Shown here in pieces: positions 13,495 through 28,500 of a DNA stretch of 64,000 bases. The notes beneath the pieces were generated by a model, which searched no databases, was not told the origin of the DNA, and saw only the letters and a list, made by a program, of their open reading frames with translations. Source of the DNA: Balanoglossus misakiensis (Eukaryota > Animalia > Hemichordata); contig CM082590.2 in NCBI GenBank assembly GCA_040954595.2, positions 6,262,001-6,326,000 on the forward strand. The letters are read 5' to 3'. The position numbers and the translations under genes were made by a program. Within the stretch, counting starts at the first letter, position 1; each line of letters begins with the position of its first letter.

Positions 13495-14984
13495 GCTTAT
13501 CAAATACCTGTGTTGTCTCCGCCGATATGTACTCCAACGCATTCTTCTTATCTGAACGAGAATCGTTATGTGCAGTGAAGTCAGTGAACTGCTTCTCTGA
13601 GCTGCATAGTGTTTTTTGATCAAATGATACATGTAAGTAGAAACTTCCCAGCAAACATTTGAAAAGATGTTGATTGCACAAGTTGAACTGAAAATGACCG
13701 ATAGCTCTCGACGAGAATTAATTATACAGAAGAATGCTTGATACACCAATGCAAATGGACACCAGCAATTATTTCTTCTTCTAAATACTTGTGTAGGTTG
13801 CTGGCTGTAATATATGGTGGCGCTTATGGTTCTCATTTTGAAATTGGTGACTGTACTTAAAGGGACAAGGTCGCTCCTGTTTCAACTTTCGGTGACATCA
13901 AGAATATATGGATAATTTGCATAACGTCTCTCAGTGTACACAATTATGACGAATCGTTACTACAGAAATGAGGGAATTTGTGATGTTATTTGAAAGGTCA
14001 GCAGCGTGTTTCTTGATGTTAGCGGTAGTACAATAAGTTACTGTCCCTGTCTACATTGTTGTCTGAAAGTTCATCATCTTCAATTTTGTCATTTATAAAA
14101 ATGAATCTCAACTTGCGCTGCTTATGTTTGCATCTGAAATTACTGCAGTGCACATTACTCTGGGAAATCTTAGTTGTCATATAATCTCGTATTATTATCA
14201 ATTAAACAGGAGATCCTAAGTTGTCTTCTTGTAGTCTCACACCTTTAACAATCATTGTAAGAAAGAAAGGCCCAATTGTTTATGTTCATAGAGACGAGCG
14301 TAACATCAGAGGGGTGAGGCTCAATTGACATTTATTTCTTTTTAATTAATTTGTCTGTGGTGATGACAGTGGTGTATTTTCTTATTACATCAACTACTAC
14401 GGCGCGCCAAGTGTTTCAAAATTATTTATCATTATTTTATAGAAAATTGATGTCTTTTAACAAAAAATACGTAAAAAAAACACAAAAAAATAATTGGTGG
14501 TTTAAAAAACAACGAGTGTAAAAAGTAATCCATCGTGGAGTCAAAAAACAACAACAACAACAACAACAACAAAAAACTAACACACACAGAAGAAAATCTC
14601 ACCTGTTGTCAAAAAACCCCACCAAGCTTACCAAAAAAACGTCCACAAGGCAGTTGCAAAAAAAAATCACTAATTTGTCACAAAAAACCACGCGCACATT
14701 TTTCACGAAAAACGCACACTTCACCCCCACAAAAAATACACACAAAGTATTAAAAAGAACACTCTTTGAAAAAAAGAGAGACTACAGCTTTAAAAAATGC
14801 ACACCCCCAGAACAAACAACACAGGCAAACATAGAAAAAACACGAACATGTTAGCCATAAAAAACAGAGATATTTGTCACCGAAAAAAAAACCCGCACTC
14901 ATGTCACCCCAAAACTAACGGGCCACTTAAAAAAACGCAGATGCACTGAGGTTGCAAAAATAAGCACATTTTTAATCCCCCGAA

Positions 14985-15515
14985 AAAAAACAGGCAATTT
15001 GAAAAAAAAACCACAGCAATTTGCAAAAAAAAAAAAAAAATAGGAACATTTGTCACCCAAAAAAACAGGCAATTTAAAAAAAAAAACGCAGAGCAATTTG
15101 CCAACAAAAAATATATAGGAACATTTGTCACCCAAAAAAACAGGCAATTTGAAAAAAAAACGCAGAGCAATTTGCAAAAAAAAAAAAAAAATAGGAACAT
15201 TTGTCACCCAAAAAAACAGGCAATTTGAAAAAAAAACGCAGAGCAATTTGCAAAAAAAAAATAATAGGAACATTTGTCACCCCCAAAAAAACAGGCAATT
15301 TGAAAATAAAAAACGCAGAGCAATTTGCAAAAAAAAAAAAAAATAGGAACATTTGTCACCCAAAAAAAACAGGCAATTTGAAAAAAAAAAACGCAGAGCA
15401 ATTTGCAAAAAAAAATAATAGGAACATTTGTCACCCAAAAAACAGGCAATTTGAAAAAAAAAACACGATATAAAATTTGAAAAAAAAAATATATAGGCAC
15501 ATTTGTCACCCAAAA
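14985..15515. repeat. A-rich minisatellite, ~7 x 75-78 bp, with degenerate units on both flanks
   Basis: CAGGCAATTT at 14991, 15066, 15141, 15217, 15292, 15370 and 15443; each unit also has GCAATTTGC-An-TAGGAACATTTGTCACCC. Confidence 0.92.
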
Positions 15516-16507
15516 TATTCAGGCAGATGCAAGTTGTAAAAAAATGGTATATTTGTCATCCAAAAAATAAAACAAGCGTGTTTAAAAAAACGAGCATTCA
15601 GTTGTAAAAATAAATAATAGTCTTTTAACAACTTGAAAAAAAACCGGACGCAGTTGAAAGAATAGCGTATGCGCATGCGCCGAAAAAAAAAAATGAGTGA
15701 GAAATGCGCTCCAAAAAAAAAAGTGAGAGATTTTGCTAGAGGAGTCTGGGTAATCTTAAAAAAAAACAGTGTGTGAAAATAAGTTGACTCGAAGAAGAGA
15801 AAAGAAAGGGGAAACACACAAACCGTCACACAGGACAAACAACAGTCTCCTCATCGCCGAGGCGTACGCGTGATGATATGACAAGTGTTTACGTAGCCTG
15901 TAGCCTTTCCTCCACACTCTAGGATTTATACACCGCGCCTGCTTAAAGAACACAGACACGGCGCGTTCCCTTACTAATTCTACCGGGCCAGAGCATAACC
16001 ACGCTTATGTAGTTGAAGTGTGTGGCAGAAGTGTGTGGCAGACCAGGTTCAGTTCGAATCATAGTCATCATGATCGCGTTTCATTGCCTAGAGTGATGTC
16101 ATAGTCCTGCACTGAGTATTGCGAAGTGGAGATATGTCACTTCATTCACGTCATGTGTTGCTCATACTGTCATTACTCTGTTGTTTGAATGTGCGAACTA
16201 ATTTTGTGATTTACTCAGAAACAAACAAATTGAATGAATTATGCTGTGACGTCACCATAGTATTGAGGTATATTGCATATATCACACCTTTATGGTGTCA
16301 TGAACTTTGACCAAAAGCCGGTATTTTTTGTTGTTTTAACGTACTTTCTCATTTATCAGACAATGTCCCGAAAGTTTTGTCAACGTCACCTGACCAGGTA
16401 GTCAACGCCATTTTGAACACATAAGAAGGTGACTTGTTCAACTCTAGAGAGCGGTGATACTGATCCAGATACTTGAAGTATTCCAACACAATGTCAATGA
16501 CGTAATC

Positions 16508-19500
16508 ATGGCTTCCGGAAAATTTAAGGATCCACAGGTAAGCGAATTGTTAACTGTAGTAACTGACATTTCACACCAAGGGCAACGATGTCTGACAGTG
16601 ACGCGTACGACGACTGTTTTTACAAGTGGTTTACATTTTGTTTGTTTTGTGGACTGTGGACTGTTGTTCAAAATTTCTCCCTTCAACTCCATGCACGTAA
16701 ATTTAACCAGACATTTTGGTCACTAAACAAATGACTGTTTCGTTAAGACTTGTGGCGCTAGTCGGTGCCTAATAGGTTTATTATTTTTCAACGGGTCAGC
16801 TTGCCCGACACACGGAAAACATAGAAACTTCTAGTGTCTGTGTGTATTGCTAGATAGTGCATTCATAAATAAACAATTATCAAGTTGACAAAAAAGTCAC
16901 ACTAATCATAATGTTTTCCATTCACAAGTCAAAGTCTCCATTGAGCGATATTTTTCAAAAAATATTTTACCGGTTGAGCAAGTCCCAAGTAAACACAATT
17001 TTATGAGCATGTTGTAGCTTTAGATAAAACACCCATTGAAATCCATGTCTGTGTCAGGCCTACTTTGTAACCATGTCTAGCAATGTGTCTATATATGGGG
17101 CAGTCTGGATTGACGCCATATCAAAGGATGATAACCTTTGACCCGAAATGAGTTCATTCAAGGTGACGCAGGCATGGCGTGGATAATCATTAATTCCCCA
17201 TGAGCTGACTCAATCTTCTCCGTATCCTTTGCTGACAGACGAAACGACAGGTTGATGATATATGTGTGCATACCCACGAGTAAGCTTTTTAAAATAAACC
17301 AACTGAACTTTGATAGTAAAATCACGAAAATAATGCATGACGTGAGGCATGTCAAATGCAACTATTTTCGGTTGACCCCAAACCGCTCGCTTAAGTTTGG
17401 AACAACAAAAAGCAATGAATATTTATCCCCTTGACGTTTTTTACACTAACACTCTCTCCAAGAACACATATTTGTTGTAACCCAAAATAAATGAAATTAA
17501 ATCGGTGCGTGTGTAAACATGAGATTGTGATATCTACTGACAATAAACAATATCTTCATCACAGAACTCGTGACACTAATATACCATAGTGAAGAAGTTT
17601 CTAATGAACGCTTTAATCCCAATTCACCGTTAGATTAAGGTACACGATGCATCAGTTCTTTTATTTCTAATAAACAGCTGTCTGCAAACAAAATTATTGA
17701 GGTACTAGCACATTTAAATGCAGTTTATTGTCTTCTGCCTTCATGTACAAGACGAGGGGGGGGGGGTTATACACCAGCAAGTTCTTCATCTGTTCAAATT
17801 TACAAGTCAGACATTTTGTGCTCAGTATTGCATTATGGGCCGGTTGTCGTTAACCTGGAATGTCGTTCATTGTTTTCATTTTGTTGGAATTCCAGTATTT
17901 TATGATCAGAATTTCACCGATGGAATGGTTTCCTGTCAGCAATGTCTGCACCATGTTTTATTATTCGCGATCAAAACTCAGAAAAATTCACATTTTTCCA
18001 TGAAGGGATATTGTGCGCGTGTATGAATTAACAAAATCTCGAAATAAGGGACTGGTCAGTTTCTTTGCCTTGGGTGGGGCGGTGTATTAATGGGAGAGGT
18101 CACCCTGTTTTGGAATTGGGTGATGGGGGGGGGGGCGGGGGCGGGGTTTCACCCACTTTTGCATGGTCAATGAAGGAGGGGAGCGGTCAGTCACTTTTGG
18201 ATATCCACAAAATAGAATCCACCCCCCGCTGAAGAAACTGACCAGTCCCTAAGCGCATAAGGTTAACTACTATAAAAGTGAGACATTCTAATCGATAGAA
18301 AGGAACTAGTCTACATGGACCGTGACTTTGTGGCTGATCACAACGGAAACAAGTGTTATCTGTTTGGCCGTGTAGTGACAGCCGTGCTGTGACGTTCATT
18401 GCTGACCGTCGGTTGTGGATTCCATGTTCTGACCAACAGGACAACATCCCAAATCTGTAGACTATAACAATAGAGTGGCTGGACAGTGAAATGACCATAA
18501 CCTTGTGCCCATTTCTTTTATGGAAATCACACAAGCCCTATCAAACTGTCAAAAATGCTTCTTGGGAAGCACATCAGCGACCAGGTATACAAAGCTGTCG
18601 CACGACCCACACACTACTACTGCTACACAATAACTTGCCCACACAGTTTGGACAAACATTCATATGGTGATATTTTCATTGCATTTGTTCACCGTTCTCT
18701 TGAGACTGTTAATTGCCTTATCATGAGTCCATGGGCTCATCCGGGCATTTTCCAGTACATGTATCTATATTTTGGTGTAAGCCGTGTACGTTTATGTGTA
18801 ATTAGAATACTTTTCCATATCATCGATGCACATGGTTTACACAATGTGATGTGACAGTTTAGGTATTATTTCTTTGTGTTTGTGATTTTGTTTGTTCATA
18901 ATCAAAGATCAGTTCAAATACTGAAGAATTTTATTTTTAACGGTATATTTAAGAAATAACAATTGTATGTTTTTCACTGAATGTTATAGGATCTCATTAA
19001 AGCCGCTTATAATGGTGATGTTGCAAGGATTCGGTCGTTGATAGCTGATGGGTACGATGTCAATGCAAAGGGTGAATACTGTGAAAAGAGTATAGGCTTC
19101 ACTTGGGTAAGAATTCACCCTCACACTTTTACAACGCCATGCCGCAGTAGTAACTAATATGATATAGAGGAAACGAATTGTCCTTGAGTTTCACTGATGG
19201 ACTAAAAACCTTTCATATGCTAGTTAAATTCAATTCAGAAGATCTCCAGTCTTTTAAGTTTATATTTCATGTCTGTACTCACTAACACACACAAAAAATA
19301 TTTCCATGTTGTTTTTCTTAAAGTAATTAAAAATACACATTGTAATCAAGACATAACATAAGCTATTTGATATTTTAAAGAGAGGGGTAACCAAGGTGGG
19401 AAGTCGTTTTCCCAAAATCAATTATTTCTCCTCGCCTCGATTCGACGAATTTCAACGATCCCGTAGACCATTCATGCATAGCTCCATCAAAAGCATCCAA

Positions 19501-22500
19501 TCTTCCGAATATCTTGAGATCAACTTGAGGAAAGGTCAAGCGAATGTCAACTCTGTTGCCGACCGAGGGTGTAGCCTGCCCCCAGGCGGTAATCTCTTGT
19601 CCCTATCCCTCATGTAAGCAACAAACCATAGTATTTATCTCGCTGTATTTTTCTGTACCAGTAAAGAAAAAATATTTTTCCAAAGCTAAATTGTCATGTG
19701 ACGTTTAGAAATTAATATCTCTTTTGAAAATAGGGCTAACATACTTAGGTTACTAACACTTGTTGTGCAAGGAAAACACAAAATTTGTTGGAGAAAAAAA
19801 AGATTTAAACGAAGTGAAATTGATGATCACTTCTACTAAAGTACTTTAATTGGTTTTGAAATGTTAACAATTGAGAATATTTTGCCGATTCAGTTGCATT
19901 TTGATATCGGTTTTTTGCAAAACATATTTTTTGATTGAGAGTTGATGTGAGGCAATCCACCTGATCAAAACCTTAAATTTAGAGAAAAGTCGTCACTTAT
20001 GACAGATACGTCATAAAACGATTTACTTAGGATCCAATACATAAAATATATTACTTGCATAAGTGCAAAATGTGACATTTTCCCATATTTAATGATTGTA
20101 CTGTTTCTTAATTTAATTTACTCATCCAGTGAACCCAAATATTTAGAGTTTAAAATTGCATAAAACCTAGAAAGAGATTTCGGTTCTATTCAATGGATAC
20201 TAACATGTGTACGATTAAAAAAGACAAAATTTGAGAGAAATGTCCAGACTGGTTTCCACAATTCTTTTTCTGCTGTTTCCTAGCAACAATGAATATTTCA
20301 TTGATGTCCCATACCAATGTTGGGTTCATAGAGGGCTTGGCCTAAACTTACATCAACAGAGAAACACGAGGATTGTATGTGTCTGGTGTATCATATCCGC
20401 CATGTTTATCTGTTAGAGTACTTGGTGTGATTGAAAATTTGAACATATCAATGTAATTTATGAAATGATATTAAGACCTGTTGCACCTATGAGTCTGCAT
20501 AAACATGTATAGTGCGCTACATTATATTAGAATTTTATAGTGTTACACTTGTTAGAAAAATCTATAGGACATGTTATAAATGTTCTCTGAAACAATAGAG
20601 TGTTTTGGTCTGAAACAACTATAGATGCTACAAACATTTAACTCATAATATAAGTCAACACTTATGGTTACAAATCGATTCCATTGAAATCATAGCCATG
20701 TCACCTTACAAGTCCAACATTGGAACAAAGCTTGTGTTCATTTTAATTCAAATGAATTTGTCAATTTCAGGGTGGATGGACAGCATTGCTTGAAGCAGCC
20801 CGGGAAAATAAACTGGAAGCGGCACAAGTATTGATCGACCGTGGAGCTGACGTCAATGCTAAAGATGAGGTAAGTGGCTTTACATGCTGACTCACCAATA
20901 GCCCAAACGGCCAAAAAGGTGACACTGTACTTATATTTTGTAGTGTTGACGACCTTCGGGATGTCAATCCCGTAACTAATGTTCCTGCAACAAATTAACC
21001 GACACACATACATGTATATACTAATATTATGCAGAGTATGAAAGAGTTTGAGGTTAGTTTTTGGTCCGTGGCTATGTGGAATTCTTATATATGTAACCCA
21101 GAGTTTGATTTGGTTATTCACAACACAAGTCAACATTCAAGGTCAACAACAAGAACAGATATCGCACAAATCGTTAGCAGTCAACAGTATTGCTATTTTA
21201 TTGCTATGATAACTAGAGAACTATCTAACAGAAATATGGGTCGCTTTACAATGATCGAAACACTGAATAAATGACTTGCATAGAAATCCACTAGTCCACT
21301 GTGTTATCACTGAAATAAGTCCAGTGTTCATCAAAACAGAAACCCTACAGTCTATTCAACTTAGCTGTTCAGCTAAACCGCGAATAAGCGATGATACGGA
21401 GCTGGCTGTGTCAACGTCGTAAATCGGTCCCTGGCAACCGGCGAGTCCTGGCCTGTGTTGTCACGATCTACGTTGCAGACGAGTATCCCTCCACACACGG
21501 CAACGGGTATTTTCCTATACACACGCACGCATCTAGGGCTTCCCACTCGGGCTTGCAATAGTATACAATCCACAGTTCCGAATTCAACACTCAACGACGA
21601 TACTGAAGTAAGACTCGGATTCAGTTTCGGATTCGGTTTCGGATTCGGGTTCGAGAGACTGAAAGTAGTTAAGCATTTTCGAGCGACCATCGCGGTGTGG
21701 CATCTGCAGTACGAGTATGAAAATAACTCTGTAAAAATATGAATATATTTGATCAAACTCTCTCGACATTATACGTATGACATTTTTGGCACCAAAACAC
21801 CGTTTTTTTCACATCGGAAATTGTTAAATACATATTTTATTATCGAAAAACATACTTCAATGATAGAAAGATAATATTTTGTAATTTTCGGTTTGAATAA
21901 ACATTTTTTGGGTGAGAAAAATGTCATACATAATACCAGTAAGTGCAGATTAAATCAAATTTATTCGTGTATTAGTAAATTAATTTTCATCCTTGTACTG
22001 CAGATGCTGAACCGCGATGGTTGCCCGAAAATGCTAAACTACTTTCAGTCCCTCCAACCCGAATCCGAAACCGAATCCGAGTCTTACTTCAGTATCGTAA
22101 CACTCAGCACAGTTCTGTAGATTTCAAATAAAACTGTTCGAAAGACATCTCATTTTGTAAACAAAGATGATGGGTCATTCACTTAGAAACGTGCACATGC
22201 GCGTACTACATGGAACAAGTACACGCAGTCACTGTGCCCAACCACCTTTTTTATACAGTGGTCACGTAACATGCATTTCTAGTGACCTTAGAGAAATCTA
22301 TTTTTAATACATTTTCCAAAACGCGCCTTGATTTCACAGGCGTTTTAAAGTTTCTAAAATGACGCCATGGTTATGACAGAATGTATGCGCCTGCGCAAGT
22401 TTCTAGGTGAATGACCTTTCAAAATGGTTTGGCAAGCAGAGTTTGTCTGGACAGAGAGATAGCGATTTTTTCCGCATTTTTAGGGATCGATTGGGTGAGT

Positions 22501-25500
22501 TAGGTAAAAGGAAGGCGTCGATCGATTTTGTGAGCACTGTGAATGCTTGGTGTTAAGTTTGAGACTCTGGAATTGCCGGCAACCACTTTATTTCGTCGAT
22601 TTCAGAAATGTGATCAGCGAGAGCTTTCCTACCTATAATCTCTTTATGTGTCAGTGGGGTAATAGGCCTAGGCCCGAACATAGCGAGAGCGCTCGTTTGA
22701 CGCAAATTCGGGAGATCGTCTAAGCTACTGATTTATCGTTTTTAGTCACTTTACAATTAATAGAAAACTGAAATAGCATCTATACAAGCGCCTGTGGTTC
22801 AAAGGTCAAACTAAAATGGCGTTACATAAGCCACCGATCTTTTACTGAAGGTCAAATATAAACACTGTAAACAAACTACAACTTCAAACTTTCTTTCTAA
22901 AATTCTAGTAATAACCTAGTCCGGCCGCAATACTAACTACGGTACTGAAACCACGAGGTTGTTTTCTCAAATATGCTCCGAACACGGCAAAGGACAAAGG
23001 CACTTCACAGCAATAACAATGCTTTGACCTTACAAGTCATTTAACATTTAAAGGGACAAAGTCTCTCTCGCTGCCCTTTTTCCAATAAATTTGTTTGATA
23101 CAAGACACTGTTTATGTTATTCTACATGTGGATATATAGTGATTCAACATACGACCACACACAACTTCCATCCCACTTGTAGACACGAAAGTGAAAAACT
23201 CGCCAAAATGAATAATCAGTGTTTACCATTTTTTCATTTGGGCTGGATTTTTAATCGCATATGCTACAAACGGGATGGAAGTTGTGTGTGGTTGAACTTT
23301 GATTCACTGTATATCCACATGTACATTAATTAACGTAAACTGTGTCTTGTATCAAACAAAATTAATAAGAAAAGGGCAGCGAGAGAGAGATGCTCGATTC
23401 TGCATCACAAAGAATGAGTTAACGTACCTGTAGGTTTCAAATAAAACTGTTCGAAAGACCAACCACACCGTCTCTGGGCCATTCCCTAACAAGAAACGCT
23501 GCAAATTTCAAACACTTTGTCCACAGAAGTGTTAACCATCAACGGGCTAAAACTTGACGGTCTCACATTGTTTTATATAGGAAAAGTCATTACGTGACTG
23601 AAACTTTTATCACGTGACCCTATTTGGAGGGAAATGATCCTCCCTTGGGACAGTATATCACATGACTATCACATGGTTTATTTTGTAAACCGGGTTACAT
23701 ATATTTTTAGACGAACGAATTCACTTTTGAGTATATCGAGTGAGCCATATATAGTGTGACCCACGCCTAACTGTTTATCTGTTCACAAATGCTCAATATA
23801 AGCCTATAATAAGTTTCGCGATGTTGGCTAAACAGCCGTGAAAACTTGCCATAACACGGTCGGTCGATGTCTTGAAAAATTATTCTGTATTTTGCATAAA
23901 GGCAAGGAAAAATGTTAGGGGATTTAACCTGACAGTTTATTTCTCTGTATTTGTACGAATCATCTAGTGTAGGCGTTTCCGGGTAAAGTTTATTATTACC
24001 GTAAAGGGCGTATTTCACAAATGGGCGTCCAGTGTAGATTTTTGGAAAGCAAAACACGTTCCGGATCTTCCGTTGCACGAGCAAAGTGGAATTAAAAAAC
24101 TTTTTCGGATCTTCAGTAGCTGTGGAAATGCAGCTGTTCCACCGGGGGGGGGGGGGGGGATATACTAATTCCCCGCATCTCTCTCTCCCCCTCCCGGCAG
24201 AACAGCTGCGTTTCCACAGCTATGTCTTCAGTTGATAAGTCCAGATTGCTGGCAGTTGGGAAGCCCTACAAGTTCAACAGTACGATTGCAATGTTCCTGT
24301 TAGAATTTGGCTTGCCTTTGCCCCATATTACCGAAGTCACACGTTATTTTATTTTATATACCTTCCCACCAATGTTGCCGAAGTTGATGACTGTGTAGGT
24401 AATAGTGAAAATCCCACTGTCACCGCGTTTCATGAGATATAATTTGTTTCCTGATGCGCGCCTGTCACTTGCCTACTCCAAAGATATTTGTCAAAACCCT
24501 GAAACAAACTTTCTGTTTGGCAGCCATAAAGCCAATGCAAACTTGACATTCAGATTTGTATGAGTCTACATGTACATACGGTCATAACTCTGGCTTCGCT
24601 GGAGCATTTGCTGCTTTCAGTTCATGCCGAGTGCTGAGTTCTGTGTTGGGTTGTGTCGTATGTTGGTGTGTACCGATGCATTAATTACTTAGATGACTTT
24701 GGTTGCGTTAAGGGTTCAGAGCGAGCAGATGCAGTTTTCAACACATTACACACTCGGTGCGTTGCATCCGTCATTTGAGCGTGCAAGAGTCCATCGAGAC
24801 GGCTGAACGCTGTTCCCTTCACCCCTTGCATGATATTTCTGAACCGCTTCTGCATCGCTTTTTGTCTCAAGTCGGCCATCTTTGCCTGGCGCGGATTTGT
24901 CTATGGTATTTCCCCAGACCCTCTTTCTGGAGTGCCCAACGGAAGAAGCAGAGGGCTCTGGGTAACCGAGACTACTCGCCTGCCAGTCCTCACAATCCGT
25001 CGACGTCGCGGCCAGGCGCACGAAGTGTGTCACAAGCGGCGACGTTGTCTCCGATGCTCGATTCTTGTGTCTTCACCGCTCGTGGCGCACTTCGTGTGGC
25101 TATGCCGTCGAATGACAGAGAAAGAGGTCTGGCAAGTGAGACTAAAAAAAGTTGTCTGGCTGAAGTCCACCATAATCACTTGAATGTCAATAGTGGGTCC
25201 GCATATTTCTTACCTTTCATTCATAATTGGTGTTCTTTGATTGGCTGATGCAAAAGGTCTTTTAAGGGGTAATGAAACTGCTGTCTAGGCTTTTATAATA
25301 TTTAGATCATTGTCAGTTGGAGGTATTGTACAGAGAATATCTTCAAATGAAAACAACACACGCGTGTCATAAAACTTAAGTAAACGAATACCTGTGATGT
25401 TTATGTACCCTCAAAGGACCCTGCCCTATCACCACATCATGCATTCATGTCCATTACGTGGGGGACTGGGATGTATCCTACTATTAATTAACCCTCCCCC

Positions 25501-28500
25501 CCCCCCCAAAAAAAAAAAAAAAAAAAAAGTGTCGGCAAAACATGTTGTGCCATCTCACAAATGAATGTTCAGAATGTGTGCAACAGTGCATGCTTAATGA
25601 AACATTGCGTGTTCCATTTTACGCTTATAGTCAGGGATTTTCAGTGACACCTTTTTGTTGTATTCCCACAGAATGGTTGGGCACCGTTACACCTTGCAGC
25701 AGCCTATGGCCATGGTGACGTGGTGAAACTTCTATTGCAATCCAATGCCAGCATCGATGTGAAGGATATTGTAAGTTAATGTAATCACACTCATTCTATT
25801 CTACGCTCACACATCAGTTGACACGTTTTATTATCAATAACACATATTTTTGAACATAGGTAAATAAAAAAAATAGTTAACGACTATTCCTCTGCCTTAT
25901 TCCCAACGACCCAGACTTTACAACCTATTTTAATAATGACAGCCTGTCTCGTTAATTATAGATTGTTGCAGCATGATTTTAAAAAAGAAATCAATCATTC
26001 AGAGCAAGAAGTAATGTTTTTTTATTGAATGAGCAAAGAGTGTTGTTTATTGCGTTGAATGTGAGATGAAGATCAGAAAATTTATATTATTGTAAATATA
26101 AATATGTATTGTAATATACATAAATAAATGGGAGACCCTTCTTCTGATAAAATCATGAAAGAAATCTTCTATTCCAGTTCTGACCAATAAATATATAGCC
26201 TGCCACACCGCATTAAAATATACTAACTGGTTATAAAACTTTAAACGGAAATTCTCGTTGCGCCGCGCTTTGTTTGTTGATAAAAATTACCCACAAGAAT
26301 TATATTTAGAATGAAATGAAGCAGCCCACCGTAGCATAGACTGGGCATGACGGCAAATGAAGATCCTAGTAGGTCGAGGCGACTGCAGTGGGGATTGCGC
26401 TGGTATAGGAGGACGTGTATCATCCATGCAGAGCGCTCGACGCGACGACCACTCAAGCTAGAGAAGCCAGCCTTGCTAAGACTCAAATCTGCGTTAACCA
26501 GGCCCTGCATTGCATTGAGCTTGGCACGTCGGTTAGATTCCGCTGATAAACCTTATCACACTGTTGTCCGATTCCAAGTATATTTAGTCAGTCAGCTTGT
26601 TGTAGAGACGACTGCAACAGGTGGTACAGGCGCTTGAATCGCACCATTGATGACACGAGTATATCGACTAAGCCCTATACATGTATAGTGTGACCTACGC
26701 CTAACTGTTTATCTGTTCACAAATGCTCAATATAAGCCTATAAAAAGTTTCACGATGTTGGCTAAACAGCCGTGGACACTTGCCATAACACGGTCGGTCG
26801 ATGTCTTGAAAAATTATTCTGTACTTTGCATTGAGGCAAGGAAAAATTTCAGGGGGATTAAACCTGGCAGTTTATTTCTCTGTGTTTGTACGAAGACATG
26901 AAATCATCTAGTGTAGGCGTTTCCTGGTAAAGTTTATTGTTACCGTAAAGGGCGTATTACACAAATGGGCGTCCAGCGTAGATTTTTGGAAAGCAAAACA
27001 CTTTCCGAATCTTCCGTTGCACGAGGAAAGTGGAATTAAATTGCTGAAAATCCAACTTTTACGGAGTTGGATCTTCAGTAGCTTTGGAAATGCAGCTGTT
27101 CCACCGGGGGGAGGGGATATACAAATTCTTGCATACCCCCCCCCCCCCGGAGGAACAGCTGCGTTTCCACAGCTATGTCTTCAGTTGATAAGTCCAGATT
27201 GCTGGCTGTTAGGAAGCCTACAAGTTCAACAGAACGATCGCAATATTCCTGTCAGAATTTGGCTTGCCTTTTGCCACTTGTTGCCGTAGTCATGCCCAAC
27301 TTTATTTTAAATACCTTCCCACCACATGTTGTCGCAATTTATGACTGTGTAGGTAATGTTGAAAATCACACCGTCGCCGCGTGTCATGAGACATTATCTG
27401 TTTCCTGATTTTGCCTGTCACTTGCCTACTCCAAAGATATTTGTCAAAACCCTGAAACAAAAACTTTGAGCGTATAACCAATGCAAAATTGACATTCAAA
27501 TGAGTCTACATGTAAATACGGTCATGGCCTCGATGCAGCAATTGCTTTGTTCAGTTCATGCTGAGTTCTGTGTTGGGTTGTGTCGTATGTGTCCGTGCAT
27601 ATGGTAATGTGTGTTCCTAGCCCTGCGTACACGTCTGTGTGTTCCCGGCGTTACATGGCCGATGGAGTTAATTACACATTAACACCCATCTGAGCTTTTA
27701 TCACAAAATGCACAATCGATATGAACATTTTTGTTATGCCGCCCCACTTTAACAGCAGTGCATTGTGGGTGCGACTTGGATCGGGGGTCCAAACGGCTCG
27801 AATGCGGCATTCCTACTGATGATATGATGCTTGTACTATCACATTTGCTCGCCGAGTCGAACTATCACTTTCCTTAGGTCGTCTCATGTCAGTCCTTCTG
27901 ACACCACCCTCTCTCGCACAAAACATGTACTGTCACCATTATACTAGTAGTTGAAACTGTACTGTCAGTGAAACTCGCTTAACTATTATCCATAGCCGCC
28001 ATTTTTTTTCTTTTGCAGAGAATAGTGAGGGATTCTGGGAAATGTGTTAATCGAAGTAGACACGCGCGTGCGCAATCTCAAAACTACGAAAACTCACCTT
28101 TAAAGTTTAACACTAAAAATATGAAAATTTAACTGTCACATTCCGATACACAAATACATTCCAACCAGAGGCATGTTTTGCAAATAGTAGATTTGTGAAG
28201 ATTCATTTGTGCATAAAACGTGATGAAGCAGTTTTAACCAAATCATATCAATGGGCTTAAAATCTTTTCTCCACATTACAGGACGGAAAGACACCTCTGG
28301 ATGTTGCAGACGGCAGAAGAGTCAAATCTCTGCTGAAGGTAATATTTCCCACAAATACAAAGAAACTGCCATATTCAAAAGGAACACTATTACTTGTAAT
28401 ACAACCATCAATGAGACAGAGTAATTCATATCCAGAACAAAAACCGAAAGAAACAATTTGGAGAGTGGAGATTAGTTTTTACCTCTTTGTACGCTCTAAT

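Noticed and set aside
13378-13836. 152-aa minus-strand ORF
   Set aside because: It runs into the 117-bp repeat and has no recognisable domain or splice support.
14535-15838. Many overlapping Lys-rich or Phe-rich ORFs
   Set aside because: They are translations of the A-rich minisatellite.
24230-24560. Faint Harbinger-transposase-like peptides on the minus strand (TNIFGVGK..., VGLPNC) in the 935-bp repeat
   Set aside because: Too short and interrupted to support without a BLASTx search.
24685-25248. Cluster of 64-163 aa ORFs in a GC-rich intronic patch
   Set aside because: It overlaps a MITE terminus, has no domain motifs and is not needed for the Roco reading frame.
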